Assembly: GCA_964035545.1 (NCBI GenBank)
Contig: OZ037765.1
Span: forward strand, 13,092,698 to 13,156,697
Direction: 5' to 3'
Source: Bugula neritina
Taxonomy: Eukaryota; Animalia; Bryozoa
DNA length: 64,000 nt
Positions within the stretch are counted from its first letter, which is position 1. Each line of letters starts with the position of its first letter. A program made the translations under genes and the position numbers. The notes under the pieces were generated by a model. The model had not been told where the DNA came from and made no database searches. It saw only the letters and a program-made list of their open reading frames with translations. Below are positions 38,101-51,705 of this stretch, one piece after another.

Positions 38101-38660
38101 GCGGTAGGGTTCGTGTACTTCCATTCCCCCTGAAGCTGACACTGGATCTTGTTATTTCGTATGCGGTAGTCAGAATCCGGGTTGTTTCTCTTCATCTCTC
38201 TGACAGTTTCTCGTAATTTAAATTGCTGGTCTCTGGTCTCCTTACTTTCATCTAGTTTACAAAATATGTTTTCGTGTCGAAGTGATGCATTTACCCTTTT
38301 CAGGAATTCCCATTTAGTCATTTCATCAGCAGATTCCAATTTAATGGGCCGAGAAGTTCCAGAAGTTTTGGTGTTGAGTCGGAAGGATCGAAGAGGAGCT
38401 TTTGTTCTTTGGAAGCAATCTTTCTTCATCAATTCCGTGATCAGGTCATGGGCGTGTTTGCCTTCTTCCTCTGAAATACCATACAGAATGGCGTTGTTCT
38501 TCCTTATTTCCGCCTGCGACAATTCAAGATTCTTTGCAAACAGCTCTTTAGCACTGTCATTGGCTTCCAAACTTTTCTTCATACTCTCTGCATTTTGCTT
38601 TACGGCCTCTGCATAGCTTTTTTCTAGTTTTTCTAGCCTGCCATCCATTTCAGCAGTTGT
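35167..38660 (-). mobile_element. CR1-group LINE, 5'-truncated within ORF1; ORF2 (APE + RT) frameshifted
   Basis: ORF1 38073-38648 (RKNNAILYGISE); APE 36946-38142 (NTRSL, LTETH, GGGVLI, GDMN, NTLDL, SDH); RT 35832-36908 (GVPQGSVLGP, FADD); C-terminus LEYACAVWDP; 3' end in a short tandem repeat (ttcgacaggta)x2. Confidence 0.92.
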
Positions 38661-38729
38661 ATTATTAATATTAGTATTTCAAGTTAGCAGTATTACCTAT
38701 TGACCACGTCTTCCATAGGTAATAAAATA

Positions 38730-40480
38730 GGGGAGAGTGAGGTAGTTTGAGACAGGTTTTTACAGTTGGCCCTATCCTAAAATCATTTTCATGTTTTAAA
38801 TTAAAACCATAAAAAATTACTGCTATTGCAATTTACTTTCATCACCAGAATATTTTTTGTTGTTGCATCTATTGTTTTCATTTGAATTGAAGTTGAAATT
38901 TCTGTCTCAAATTGCCTCACCGTAATTATGGAGGGTAGATTGAGACAACATGTGTGGGTAAACTACGACAATGGTTTTGTTGATTGGGTAGATTGAGACT
39001 AGCTATGAAACATTGACAAGTGGAAATAAATATGTGGGTAGAATGAGACAAGAAGTTTTATTTCAGTTTATAGGCTAATTATGATACAGGTAATTGTACA
39101 TTTACATCCTAGTCTATTTACCTCAAGTTCATGTTAACAGGGAATACCACTGTAGGAAAACTGTAGGTGGAGTTTTGTCTTGCTGTTCCTCCAAAAGTGG
39201 CTGGCTTCGGCAAAAGTGCTTTAATTTGCTGAAGCTCAATCAAATTAATGTCAGGTATTTGTGGTACTACAAATCTTGTCACGTCGTCGGTGGACAGTTT
39301 AGACTCTCTCATACTGCTGACTATAACACCTTGCTTTTCCTTGTTTTCTAGCACTTTTGAAACATAATACACTTTTCGGATTTTATTGAATGTGTACTCT
39401 ACCAAGCAAAAATCACCTTCACCACACCTGCCTTCCATCTCTACATCTAAATCAATTACCACAATATCTTCGGTTTCCTTGATACCGTCAGCCTATTCAT
39501 CGTATTCATCATCAGAGTTGTCTTGCACCATTCCCACCTTAATCATTTTCGCAAGAGGCTTATCCTCTTTATCGGAGCTCGATAAGCCTTCATCAGTCTC
39601 CGAGCTGATTTTTTCTTTGAAGCCTTTGCGAATGAAGTGGTTTTGTTTGCTGGCTCGACCATAGGTGATAGAGTAAACCCAATACTTTTCCGTTTCTTGT
39701 TTCTACCTTTAGCAGGGTGCAGCTGATCAGATCCCTTCGATAGATATGGTCCAACCATCTCTGGAGATTTCTTCCTTTCCATCTCACCGTGACATTCTGT
39801 AATACCAGTGTCACTGTTAACAGGTGCTGTAGATGTGGTAGGTTTGTTTTGATCAAGGAATCCAGTCATCCAGTTTCGACCTGCCATTTTGTGAGTGTGC
39901 CAATTATCTGGCACTACTAGATTATTAGCTTTTGCAAATTCAAAAGCAAGAGCTTGTGCATCTTTCAATGTCAAGCCATAATTTATCTTTGAGCAAGTAA
40001 TAAGGTATTCTGAAATTTTGCCTTCCAGCTGTGAGTCGAGAACTCTTCTTATATACTGGCTTGAATTCTTGATGTCCTGGGTTATCTCTAACCTTTTTCA
40101 CATAACGTTGAAGGGTCTGAAATGGGGCACCTGTTCTTTCAGCCACCCTTCACAACAAGCTCAACGGTCAGCTCCATTGTTGACTCCTCAGCCCCCTCTC
40201 GCTTTCTTTTGTAGTTTCTAGGCATAGTAGCTGTATCTAAAAATGAGTTTGATAGTAAACATCCAATTTGACTTAAGTTATCTAAATTTGTTCGAACCAA
40301 TATGCAATGGGGGTCACATATGTGGGTAGTTTCAGACTCGGCCTTGGGTAATTTGAGACTTAATCTCAAATTACCCAAATGGAGTAGAATGAGACAACCC
40401 ACATATTACATATATAATGTGTCCAGTTTAAGACAAGTCTCAAACTACCCACAATAAAGATGTGTCAATCTACCCACTGG
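38730..40480 (-). mobile_element. pogo/Tigger-like DNA transposon relic with internal deletion of the DDE domain
   Basis: MPRNYKRK start; psq-type HTH (AERTGAPFQTLQRYVKK); CENP-B-type HTH (GLTLKDAQALAFEFA...AGRNWMTGFL), joined directly to a C-terminal SPEMVGPY region. GGTAGWTTGAGACA subterminal repeats at both ends. Boundaries approximate. Confidence 0.72.
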
Positions 40481-41379
40481 GGCGTAAATGATGGCAGTGA
40501 GTTCACACTACTACATGGTGAGAACTAATCACAGAGCATTCATGATAATTTGAAAAGTTGTAATATACAGATAGCTTATTTGTTTTCTATAAGGTTTCAA
40601 CTGATAAACTAGCAAATGCTGGAGTTATAAGCTCTCAAAAATTGCTAGTGTAAGCTATCACCCCTGGTTCGTAAACAGGCACAATGTGGTCTTCAGTCTC
40701 TACTGATGTTTTTATTGGTAAAACTGTCGTGAAAACTACAATTAATGAAATTATGAATATGATATAATAAATAATATGTGATAAAACTTTTATCAGTGAT
40801 AATTGGACACTAACTAATCAGCTTCAAATAAAGAGCAAGCCTTGCTATAAAAATCAGTATACACCATCTAAGTTATTGAAATTGATATTAAAAGGATAAT
40901 AAAAATGCCATATGATTGTCAAAAATACTACAATAAAAATAATTATCTTGTTAGCCCATCCAGGAATGAAGCTTATAACTGTGATGTTAATGTAGTAGGT
41001 ATTTATTCTCTACTTTGATAATATTGATTTGAATGCAACAAAAATTTAACATAATATAAGTGAAAGGCTACTCAGCAGTTTATGCTACATGTTTGCTGGC
41101 TGAAAGTGTAGCATGGAATGACGGCTGAGAGTAAAATATATTTCAATGAATAAATCATTTCAGGAAACTGATGGTGTAAAAGCTATTTATATAACTTAGT
41201 CTTAGTGATATACATATGAGGAAATCATGTTGACTTTTGTATGCAGTTTTGTCATAGCCGTAGAAGAAAACAGCTACATATACATGACTAATGTGATGTT
41301 TTTCTAATTATAAGCAAGTTGGTTAACTTTGTTTTGATGAGAGCAAGAAATTTCACTGGCATTCCAATTAATTACACTC

Positions 41380-44135
41380 TCACCTGGAATTTCTAGGAGT
41401 GACTTGTAATTTTGAATGTATGTCTAGTTCGATCTGACTAGTACAACTAATTTTGATATTGGCCGAGTTAAACAGACTCTTTTCTTGGAGTCTTTGGGGG
41501 TATGTTTTACTACCAACAAGCACCTTAACTGATCTAACAATGCTTCCATGGGACAGGTTGCATTCTACGACACGTGCTAAAAGCCACCAATTTCTTACTA
41601 CATTGTCGTCACACAACAGAACGATATCCCCCACCCTGATCTGTGGTACTTTGTTTACCCATTTTTGTCGCGACTGTAAGTAGAGCAAGTATTGCTTGCA
41701 CCAGCGTGTCCAAAATTCATTTGCCAACTGCCGTACCACTCTCTAACGTTTCCTAGCATTTATGTCTGCCTCCTCAAATGTGCTTGGAGCTGGCAGAACG
41801 CCCGACTTCATAGTCAACAGCATATTTGGGGTGATTGAAAACATATCATCAGTTGTTGAAGTTAATGGTTGACAGTTTATGATGGCCATCACTTCATAGA
41901 ACAAAGTTCGTAGCAAGGAAGTAGAGAGCCTCCCACCATGTCTCGTTACAAGGCGCTGTAGCACAGAACGGATAGTCCTTATCTGCCTTTCCCACACTCC
42001 TCCAAAATTGCTAGAGTGAGGAAAGTTGAAATTCATTGTGATGTTCATAGATTTGAGTTTACTGTCAGTCCCATCACTTCTTAGAAGACTCGCAGCACCA
42101 ATGAAGTTGGTACCTTGGTCCGATTGAATCGTCTAAATTGGACCCCTGATGGCTACCACAGTCCTGACAGCATTTATGTCCTTTAAAGTTCAATATAAAC
42201 AGCTCGTGAGGCCATGCATGTGACTATCAAGCCATATCGTTTTGATTCCTTTCTACCATTTTGACAATAAAAGGGCCAAAACAATCTAATCCACAGTGGG
42301 TGAAAGGAGGGGCTTCGTTGACTCTCACTGATGGTAATGTCGCCATTTGTGGTGTCAATAGTTTAGCTTTGATTCTTTTACATGTTACACAGAGACGTAA
42401 CTTTGATGAAATTGTGAATTTACCACCGATGATCCAAAATACCTGTGATCATATTTTAGACAGAGTATACTCTAAGGCCTAAGCCAAGGTGTCCCAGTTT
42501 TGCATGCGCGTCATTTATGAGTTACAGTTTTATTGACTATTGTTGTTTTGTTGCATAAATTGTCATCATGTGTGTTGTTTGTAGCTAGACTACCCATGAT
42601 AACCCACCCTAGGTCAGTACGTACGTCAAATGGTTCATCGTCTGCGTCGTTTCCCACTAATACTTCTCTAGGTTTGAAGGCTAATGGGCAATAGCCTCCA
42701 ATGAGTAGCCCTGCTGAAATTTTTTGTCCCTTGACCATATTTTTTGCTAAGTCTTCTAAATGTGGCCAGGCGGTAAGAGCACCTGCCTGCCGAATAGACT
42801 CATACTTGGCAGGTATTGGTTCTGCAGAATACACATTTGGAAATTTCACCTCCTTACTACAGCTATATCTTTTGATGATTAGGTCATTGGTTACCATTGT
42901 ATCTAACTCAAAGTTTTAGTGTGTCATTGTTGCCATTGGCAGTTTTGTTGGTTTTTGATACATGTGAGTTGTTCAACAATAGAATTGGTTATGTAACATG
43001 AGTCGCTGCCTGAGTCAAGGTTGGCATATGTTAATACTTTTTTGTGGGGATCTTTGAAACCCAGACAGGAAGAGTTATATACATGAGTGTTTGTGATGTA
43101 TTTATAGAAAGATTATTGCATACTGTGCCATCTTTATTTTGGTTTGAACATTGCGTTTTACTTTCATCTGCTTGCTTTGTAGGTTGTGATGTGTAATTTT
43201 GGTGAAATATTGTGGGATGAGCTTGCTTACAAATCTCACAGACTGGTTTCATGCTGCAATTTTTGTAACTGTGACCGCTTACGGCACATTTGAAACATAA
43301 GCTGTTGCTAGCAAGGAAGTCATTTACTTGTTGCGCAGGAAGTTTTGCTAAATTTCAGCAGTAGGCAGTGTGATGTTTCCATCTGGGTTATTTGTTTGAG
43401 AGGCAATATACACATTCTGGTTCTTTTTTCTGCTTTTGATCAAATGACAGGTTGTTTCGTTGTTTTGCTGACTGGCTATCAGTGTTTTGTGACTTATTAG
43501 CATGTTTTTGTTGATTTATGACTGATTCTGAAGTGTTTGAAACTATTGGTGCTGGTAATGTTATTTCAAACTTTAATGTAATTGAGTGTTTACTGTTGTT
43601 TTGTTTGGTAATTGGCTTGAATGCAGCTTTACTATGCCCACTTTTACATTTTTCTCTCAGATTGCTACAAGAAATTTTAGCCTCATCTGCAAATTTATGG
43701 AAGGATGGGAACACTTTCCTCTTCCTCCTCTGCTATGGCATGTCTTAACCATTGTTCTTGAAGATTGTTTGGCAGAACACTTGCTAGATTTTTGTTCTCC
43801 CGTTTTCTGTCAATGACTTTCAAACCAGATATCAGCCTTGAGGCAGATAAACATTGGTTAAAGAAGTAACTGTAACTCTTGAGAGATTTAGCATCAGTTA
43901 CTGTAGACCATGCTTCTAGTCGATTTATAAACTGCTCTTCGATCAGCTCTTCCGAACCAAATTTGGTTTCAAGAGCATGTAACGCATCTTGATATGCATT
44001 TGCACTTTGCAGTGAGAAATAACCCCTTATAGCCTGCTTGGCATCACCATCCACATACTCTCTCAACAAATGGAGCTTCTGTAAATCGGTGTATGTATCG
44101 TATCTAATGTAAATTTATAAGCAGCATATCTTGCA
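41380..44135 (-). mobile_element. BEL/Pao LTR retrotransposon relic: gag, protease and integrase with RT/RNase H deleted
   Basis: DUF1759-like LREYVDGDAKQAI; three Cys/His knuckles; LDSGS protease; PFTHCGLDCFGPF and GGVWERQIRTIR integrase; FWTRWCKQYLLYLQSRQKW (DUF5641-like). Many stops and frameshifts. Confidence 0.85.
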
Positions 44136-44419
44136 CTGTTACAGCAGCACATCATAGCTATTGTTACACCCCACCTTAATTTTGTAAAAATTAAAAATAG
44201 AATTTACAATTTTAGTTTAGTTTTTGTTTATTTATTATTTATTGTTTTTGTACAGAGTGGCATAAAACTATATAATGGCTATTTTAAAATAGGGATATTA
44301 TAACTATACAGTGTAACCTCATACAGTGAAAGTTGTATATTTCTACTATAGCTAATCTTGCTTTTGTTGCAGCACTAGCTTCTGTACGAATCTTTATAGT
44401 ATTGTCCCAGCGTTGGTCT

Positions 44420-46360
44420 TTACTTTCAATCTTTTGATCCTGCCATCATCACTTCTCAAAGTTTCCTTGACTAACCCATGGGGCCATTCACTTAGTGATA
44501 CGTTGTCTTCTATAAGCATGACCACATTTTCCACTCAAACATCACGTTTTTGATTCTCCCACCTTTGCCACTTGGTAATGGTTGTTTGACTATCCAATAT
44601 GTCAATAAACTTGTAGTCCTCTTGTGAGAGCAAACAGCTGCCATCATTATCATCAAAGGTAACATAAGTCGAGTGAACCTTTTGTTTGGTGTGTGAGCTA
44701 TCTGCAACACCAAACACAGCCACGCCAAGCTCTGTTCGAAGAACGTATGGCCGGTTACCATCCCCTTTGACAGCTTCTAATGGATATGAGGCTATTGTGC
44801 AGTTGGCTCCAAGCAACAGACTTACTGGTATGTCCATTGGAAGTGCTAGTTCACTGGCCAAGTGGCTGAGGTGCGGTTGCTGTAGTATATTTGTGTGATT
44901 AGCAAATTCTCCCGTGGAGTTGGGTATTTAACTCAATTCATAGGCAGATGAAAGAACTACTTCACCGCTGTAGTATCCTTTAATTAGCATGTTGCCAAAG
45001 ATGTTGAATTCTTCCTTTTTAACTACCTCAACCATTGTTTCCACATCAACCGATTTTCTTCCAAGCTTTCGTGGCTTCCGTTTTTTGGCTAGGTCTTTTG
45101 TCATGTAAGAGTGATTTGATGTGGAGTCGAGAAATGCATACACCAGAATCTTGGCTCAAGGATTAGCAGTAGTTGACACATACACAGGCATCTCCATGTT
45201 AAATATCATGTTATGTGTAGGCGTTCTCGTGTTCTTAGTTGAGAGCTTGGTTTGACCTTTATGATTTTGTGCTGGAGGTGGCGGTTGAATGTCAGGCCAT
45301 TCTGCTGCACTAGTAATCCTGTTGGAAGTCTGGGTAGTTGAACAGTTAGTTGGTGCTGCTTGGATGTCACTTCTTCTCATTTCTTGTTTATCACTCTGCT
45401 GTACTGATAATGGCTGTTGAAAGGCGTATCTCCTAGGCCTTTTGTGCTTTGATCCTTGGTTCTCTTCATCCCTTGTAAGTTTAATTTCTTGACTGATTTT
45501 ATTGACTAGTTGGCGCATGGACTTGCCTCCTGATTGGCTGGTTTTGGTTTGGTTCTGGTTATGGATGCTTGGTTTGCTCTCTCATTGCCAATTAAATTTT
45601 GAAGATTGTCTCGAAGCTTGACATCAGTGTGGGGGTGTTGTGGGGGTAGGCTACAGGTTTATCGAGTCATTTCTGATCACATGCACCTCTAGATTGTTTT
45701 CATCTCTCACTAGATTTCTGATCAGTGGTGTGATTTCCGCAACGGCCATTTGTAGTTGCCGGGCTTGCTCTTCTACCAGTTGAACTTTCTCTCATCTAGG
45801 TATCCTTCAAATCTGCGATGCTCTTCTTTCAATAGCTTCTTCTTACTTGCTAGCTCTTCTTGTTTCCTGCATTGTTCTTCTTGAATAGCCATACTTTGTC
45901 GTATCTCTAGAAGATATTCGGTGATTTTACCGACCTCGATAAAAAACTCAAAATGTTTCTCTATTTTTTTCCACCTCTTTGTCAGATGGTTGTAAAAGTT
46001 TAGCATCATCAGATGTAATTGACTCAGCTTTTGTTTCTATTTCAGTAACACAACTGTCAACAGTATCTAACATAAAAACATCATTATGGCATCTTGTAAG
46101 AAAACATCAACAGCTTGAAGCTTTCTATTTAGAGCAGCATATAGTGAAAATGCCGGTTCATTTTTCTGGCCCCATTTGTTAAGATTAGAAACTTTAATTG
46201 TGCGTACAAGCCCTTTTTTGGTTGGCACCACAACCTCACTTTTTGCATTGCTAGTGCATGATTTGTTGCTCACTGGTCGTATTAGTGAAGCTGCTAGATT
46301 CTTGCCAGAATTGTCATCTAGATCAAGCAGGCTAATATTTGCTTTGGCCATTCGATTAAA
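44420..46360 (-). mobile_element. Second BEL/Pao-like relic (gag N-terminus and protease)
   Basis: YAFLDSTSNHSY protease motif and LLLGANC...PY..RTELG second half; coiled-coil gag-like fragments. Confidence 0.65.
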
Positions 46361-46910
46361 TTTGGATTACAGCAATAAATTACAAATACCATTCACTATA
46401 AAAGCTAATGTGCTGCTATGTGCAATAAGTTGGCATTAGATCAGGATGTAAATATAATCATGAGCCAACCAAAACTTGATTGTTTTGGTAATTGATTACG
46501 TGCTAGGCTAGCAAGCCTTACAACTGCAACGTGAGTTTCTGCCACACAACTGGGTCAATCTCACAGTGGACCAATGGAAGCTAATGAACAATTCCAGCCA
46601 CCGATAAGATGCCAGAACACTCATCATTAGCCCTACCCACACTAATTAGTGCTGGTTTGTTGGAAGCACTGATACCTAATTAGCTTTACTAACAAAAAAC
46701 TTTTTGAAAATACAAATAATAGCAGAAATAGTAAATATTCTAGATATTTTCATGAAAGGTTAAAATTCACTGTTTAGCGCTCTTCATATAATTAAAATTG
46801 CAATTTACACAAGAAATTAATTCAAAATTTGAAGTTTATGTGGTAAATATGTTATTAAGATGTACAGATGCACCTATCTTTTAGTACCTTCCCGTATTAT
46901 AGCTTTATCG

Positions 46911-47180
46911 GGCGTCACAAGGTGTCTCTGGACTTTGTTTCAGGTGTGGCTCTACAAGGCGTCACAAAATGTCTCTCTGGACTTTGTTTCAGGTTTGGTT
47001 CTAATGGCGTCACAAGGTGTCTCTAGACTTTTTTCAGGTGTGGGTTTATAGAGCGTCACAAGGTGTTTCTCTATACATTGTTTCAGGTGTGGCCCTACGG
47101 GGCGTCACAAGGTGTTTCTCTAGACTTTGTTTCAGGTGTGGCGCTAATGGCGTCACAAGATGTCTCTTCAGACTCCACTT
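46911..47180. repeat. Minisatellite, ~47-48-bp unit, ~6 copies (ggcgtcacaaggtgtctctggactttgtttcaggtgtggctctacaa)
   Basis: Degenerate tandem copies start at about 46911, 46958, 47006, 47052, 47102 and 47149. Confidence 0.9.
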
Positions 47181-47257
47181 TGTTGAATATTTCACATTTT
47201 TGTTTGGCCTGCTAGCAACTGCAAGCTTATCAGAGTGGGTCTGGGAATTCCACTGAT

Positions 47258-48430
47258 GTTTGTTTGTTTGTTTGGTTTATTTCATCAAAGGTATTTAATA
47301 ACACAAGGACATTAGAAAATGCCAAGGAGGCGATGATGAGGCCCATTGCGCTATAGCCTAGCTAGTCATGCGCGGGCCAACACGAGCTGACAGCGACTCT
47401 ATCCAGAAAAATACAAAAAAAATACAACTATTCTAACAGATAAAGCCTCAGCTTCCTCCCAAATTCATTAGGGTTGCTAATTGACCGTAAAGGGATTGGC
47501 AGTTCATTCCATAGTGCCACCTCCTGATAACAGTTTCTTCTGTGACCTGCTGCTGTTTGAGAGTGAGGAAGGGGGAGATTTATGAATGATTGACGTGTAT
47601 TGATAGAGTGAGTGGGAAAAAAATTGTCAGAGTAGAAAAAAGAATGAGCTTTCTTTAACACTTTAAAACGGTAAATCTGGTATATTGAGAGAACTTTATG
47701 CTTAGTAAATAGAGGCGCTGATGGATGGTCAAACGGTTTTTTGTTCATGATACGCATTACCTTTTTTTGAAAAATAAAAATCTTGTTTAGATGGGTATTA
47801 GCTGCATTTCCCCAGGCCTCTGCACAATAATTTAACTTGGAATTGATGAAAGAATTATATATCAAAAGTAAAATTTTTTGAGGGAGATATTCAGAACATC
47901 GGTATATTAATCCACTAAGTGGTCGTAATTTTGTAAGTAGGTTTGAGATGTGCAAGCTCCAATTTAAATTTTTATCTATTTGTACACCTAGAAAAGTTAT
48001 GCTGTTAGAGTAATTTATAGGTCTTTTATTTAATAATATACAGTTTTCTAGAATTTGAAAAGGATTTTGGTAGTTTTTTAAAACAATATAGTTGCATTTT
48101 TCATAGTTTATAGTGAGTTTGTTTTTATTGCACCAAATTGACAGAGAGTTTAGATCTTGATTTATAGCTTCCAAATGGGAGTTCAAATCTTTTGATTCAA
48201 AAAATAAATTAGTGTCGTCGGCATAGAAAATGGGATTAAAAAGTTTAAATTGTTGAGCAAGATCGTTTATATATATCAAAAATAAGGTAGGGCCCAAGAC
48301 AGATCCCTGGGGAACCCCACAGGTCACTGATCGTGAACTTGATAAGGTTGCATTTACTAGTGTGGAATGACTTCGGTTTGATAGGTAGTTAGCAACCCAT
48401 GACACTGTGGATTCACTAAAACCATTCATG
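47258..48430 (-). mobile_element. 5'-truncated L2/Crack-type (CR1-group) LINE: RT C-terminal half, 3' UTR and tail
   Basis: Open ORF 47428-48429 with GVPQGSVLGP, YADD, FLGVQIDKNLNW, LNYCAEAWG, LWNELP; GC-rich 3' UTR stem (ggccc...gggcc); (CAAA)n tail. Confidence 0.88.
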
Positions 48431-48776
48431 TGTTGTGAATGTGGTTATTAATATTTTGTTCCAACATTTAAAAGCTCACAAAGATATACCGTGAAATCTA
48501 AATAAAAATACACACAATATAAGGCTAAATAGAGTACAAGAAAATATAAATTATGAGGAAATAACTCACATAGAAATTATTAAAGTAAATAAAAATATTG
48601 CTGCACTGAAAATAATGTCAGCTATAAACTATTATATAAAATAAATGTATCGATACTACAGCATTATGACAATAAAGGGTAGAAAATTAATAGCAGACAA
48701 GCCTTTAGCTCTTCTCTGATAACTTGGAAATATTATAGTTTCTGCTCTTAGATTTCAATAGTTACAAATATGTATT

Positions 48777-49793
48777 GTATCTAATGTAAATTTATAAGCA
48801 GCATATCTTGCAACTAATCAAGATAACCAGTGCTTTCCAACAGCAGAATATTACAAAAAAACAAATAGACAAGAAATGATGTGTTCCAGATCTCACTAGT
48901 CATCCAAATTGCACCACCAGCCCCAACCAATTCCAAATAAGCGAACAAAAATGTTTCGGCAGACTTTATTTCCTTAGACTTTTGCAACACGCTTGATTCA
49001 CTAATTGTGGTTTTTGCTGGGCAGTTGTAAGAATTCATTGTTTTGTTTAGCTGAGCTATTAATATACTATGATGATGGGCTATAAAACACACATTCACAC
49101 ACTGTGCATGTAAACCTGCTGCTAGCTACTGTTGCACTGTTTGTAGAACATCTTGATTAACTATCACTTCTTAAGCAGGAGATTCAACTTGAAAAGAAAC
49201 ATTGTTGTTTGTAGCTGTCTCAATAGTATTTTTTTCCCAATCTTATGACATGTAGTATCTTCAGGTTTTCTTTGTCAATCTTCTTGGTTTTTGCAAATTT
49301 TTTCTGTTCACTTACAGAAATCTTCGTAAACCTTGGGCAGTGTTGCAAAATACACAGCTGTCCCTGTGTTCTGTAGTAGCCAATTCTTGATTTTTTCTTT
49401 CCAGTAATGTTCTTCCTTCCATTTGATTTCTTTTCCGATTTTGAGGTGTTATATTAATCTTTCCTCTTCCTAAAGTCAATGGTCTGTCTCACTGCTGCTA
49501 TTAAATACACAGTCGCATGCTTTGTCTGATTTCCTGCGTAGAAAGTTTATAAGCCACTCATAATCAGGATGTTTTCCATGTTCGCCCCTGTAATCATAAG
49601 CTTTATCATTCCATTTGTTAGCAACTCGTTCTCGGAGCTTCCGAGTCAATTGTAAGATCTCAGAAATGTTGTCGGGATAGTTCAAGGACTCCTCTTTTCT
49701 TTCAGTGTCAGGCGTATGACGATAACAAAGTAACAATAAAATGCTGTTCGCAGTTAGTTTGAGACTTGAGAGCTTTCTGGAGGGCATGTACAT
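48777..49793 (-). mobile_element. Highly degraded BEL/Pao-like gag relic
   Basis: RKLRERVANKW...PDYEWLINFL; CVFC knuckle remnant; 36-bp identity with the BEL gag end at 44100-44135. Confidence 0.45.
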
Positions 49794-51705
49794 AATGTTA
49801 GTGCCTAAAATTTATCTAGCACTTACTTGACTCAAATTTCCGAGCAAATCAATAGGATTTGCAGACAAAGTCTCCTACAAATTAGCCTGCACTTTTAATA
49901 TATATATAGTTTACTTGCCACAACCAATAGCAAAGCTTAATTTCTTGCCTACAAAATATTATGACAAAAGACACAAACATTGTACTATGTTGACAAAGTG
50001 GCTTATTCAACACAAATTAAACCAATGTCCAAGCTTGATGTAGAAAATAATAACTCTAGCTAACATGTATCATTTAAATACGATGTGTAGCATCAATTAA
50101 TATACACATCAGCATATGAACTCTTTGAATTCACTTGGCAGTATTTATATTTATCATTATAACGGAATATACACATGGGTGAAAGTTTGTCTTAGATGGC
50201 CTGCCAAAGACTTATCTTCAGGGTGTGTCATTGGATTTCAGTAACATCTACTTTATGAGCAGATCATAAAATATTTCAGCTTATCTATATATACGAACAA
50301 TTCCAAATCCAAATATCTTGACTGGTCCAGCAGATATTGATAAAAATACTTCGTAATTATTTTGATTTGACTTTCCATATTATCTTCACTGATGTCACTT
50401 TATTTTGTTAATAACCTAACATGACACATGGATGACACCATTTGACACCATCAAGACTACAATCAGTTCGAAAACTTACATAATGATAACATAAACTTTA
50501 AAGCAAATAAACAATTGTCTTCAACAACATTAAAAGAAAAAATGTTTTCAACAACTTTCTTATTTGCTCTCTAACAAGTACAACCAGTTCACCTGCACTG
50601 ACTGCTGTAGTCACCTTGTCTGCAAAAGCTAGAAGCCAAGCTAGCTAAGCAAAGCTAGAAAGTTACATAAATTTTACTACAGCTATAATATAACAACCAC
50701 CATGAGTGTTCCCATCATGTCTATGAATAGCCTTATTGTTATAGTAAAAAGCATGATTATTTGAAAATCCAAGTTAGACAAATTAGCTCAAAACTAGATG
50801 TTTCAGTGGAACATTATTCAGTTTTTTCCTTCATATGCAAGCAAAAAATATCTTTAATATTTTACTTGAAGCATTTCTAGCATTGTAGTTTTAGCAACTG
50901 AATGCTGATTGCTAGGTAGCAATTTATACAGATTGCCTTTTTATATTGTTTTATACTTTGCTGATTTTAGTCTTAGAGTTCTCTTTTTAGAACGTGTAGA
51001 AGGTTTTTTTGATATTCACCAATTAGAATTTAAGATTTTTTTCATTAAATCTAGTTCAACAGCATGAAATCTTTGTAATTCGTTCAACACGTGCTACACT
51101 TTATTTTACTAACTTAAAATGTTTATAAGAATCTATCATCTGAATCTGCAAATGATCAGCTCAACTGTTGGACGTGGATTGCTAACCTTAGAAATGATAG
51201 CTAGTAGTACCTGATAGCTATTTGAATTAGCCCTTTCCCCAACCATCAAGGCAGAGGTAGCCCAGGCATGCTCAAACCTTTTTATGATAGCTACAGGAAA
51301 TATAAGCTCTTAATATTTTTTGATTATAACTTAATTACACTTCCACCTAATTTTATTTTGGAACAAAAACTAAAATCACTTGCCTGTTTGCTATCTATGC
51401 TTATTTTTACTTTTTTTCTTTTTATCCCATAAATTTCTTTCTAACTATGCTCGACCTGAAGAAGGAGAACTAGTTTTTGAATGAGGTTTTCAAAAATAGT
51501 TGGTGGTCCCATGACCTTACCCTTACCATCTAATTCACAATTTATTAATCCAACGCTAGCTCGCTGAACCCGATCACCTCTACTCATCATTACCCGCTTT
51601 ACAATTGCGGTGTTTCAGAGGCTTCTTGGTTAGTTATTTTCAACTACTAGGACTTTAACTGCTGAGTTTCTTGTTTCTCACTCCCACTGTCTGTCACGAT
51701 ATCAC

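Noticed and set aside
46911-47180. CRISPR-like appearance of the repeats
   Set aside because: Contiguous tandem units without unique spacers, in eukaryotic DNA with no cas genes.
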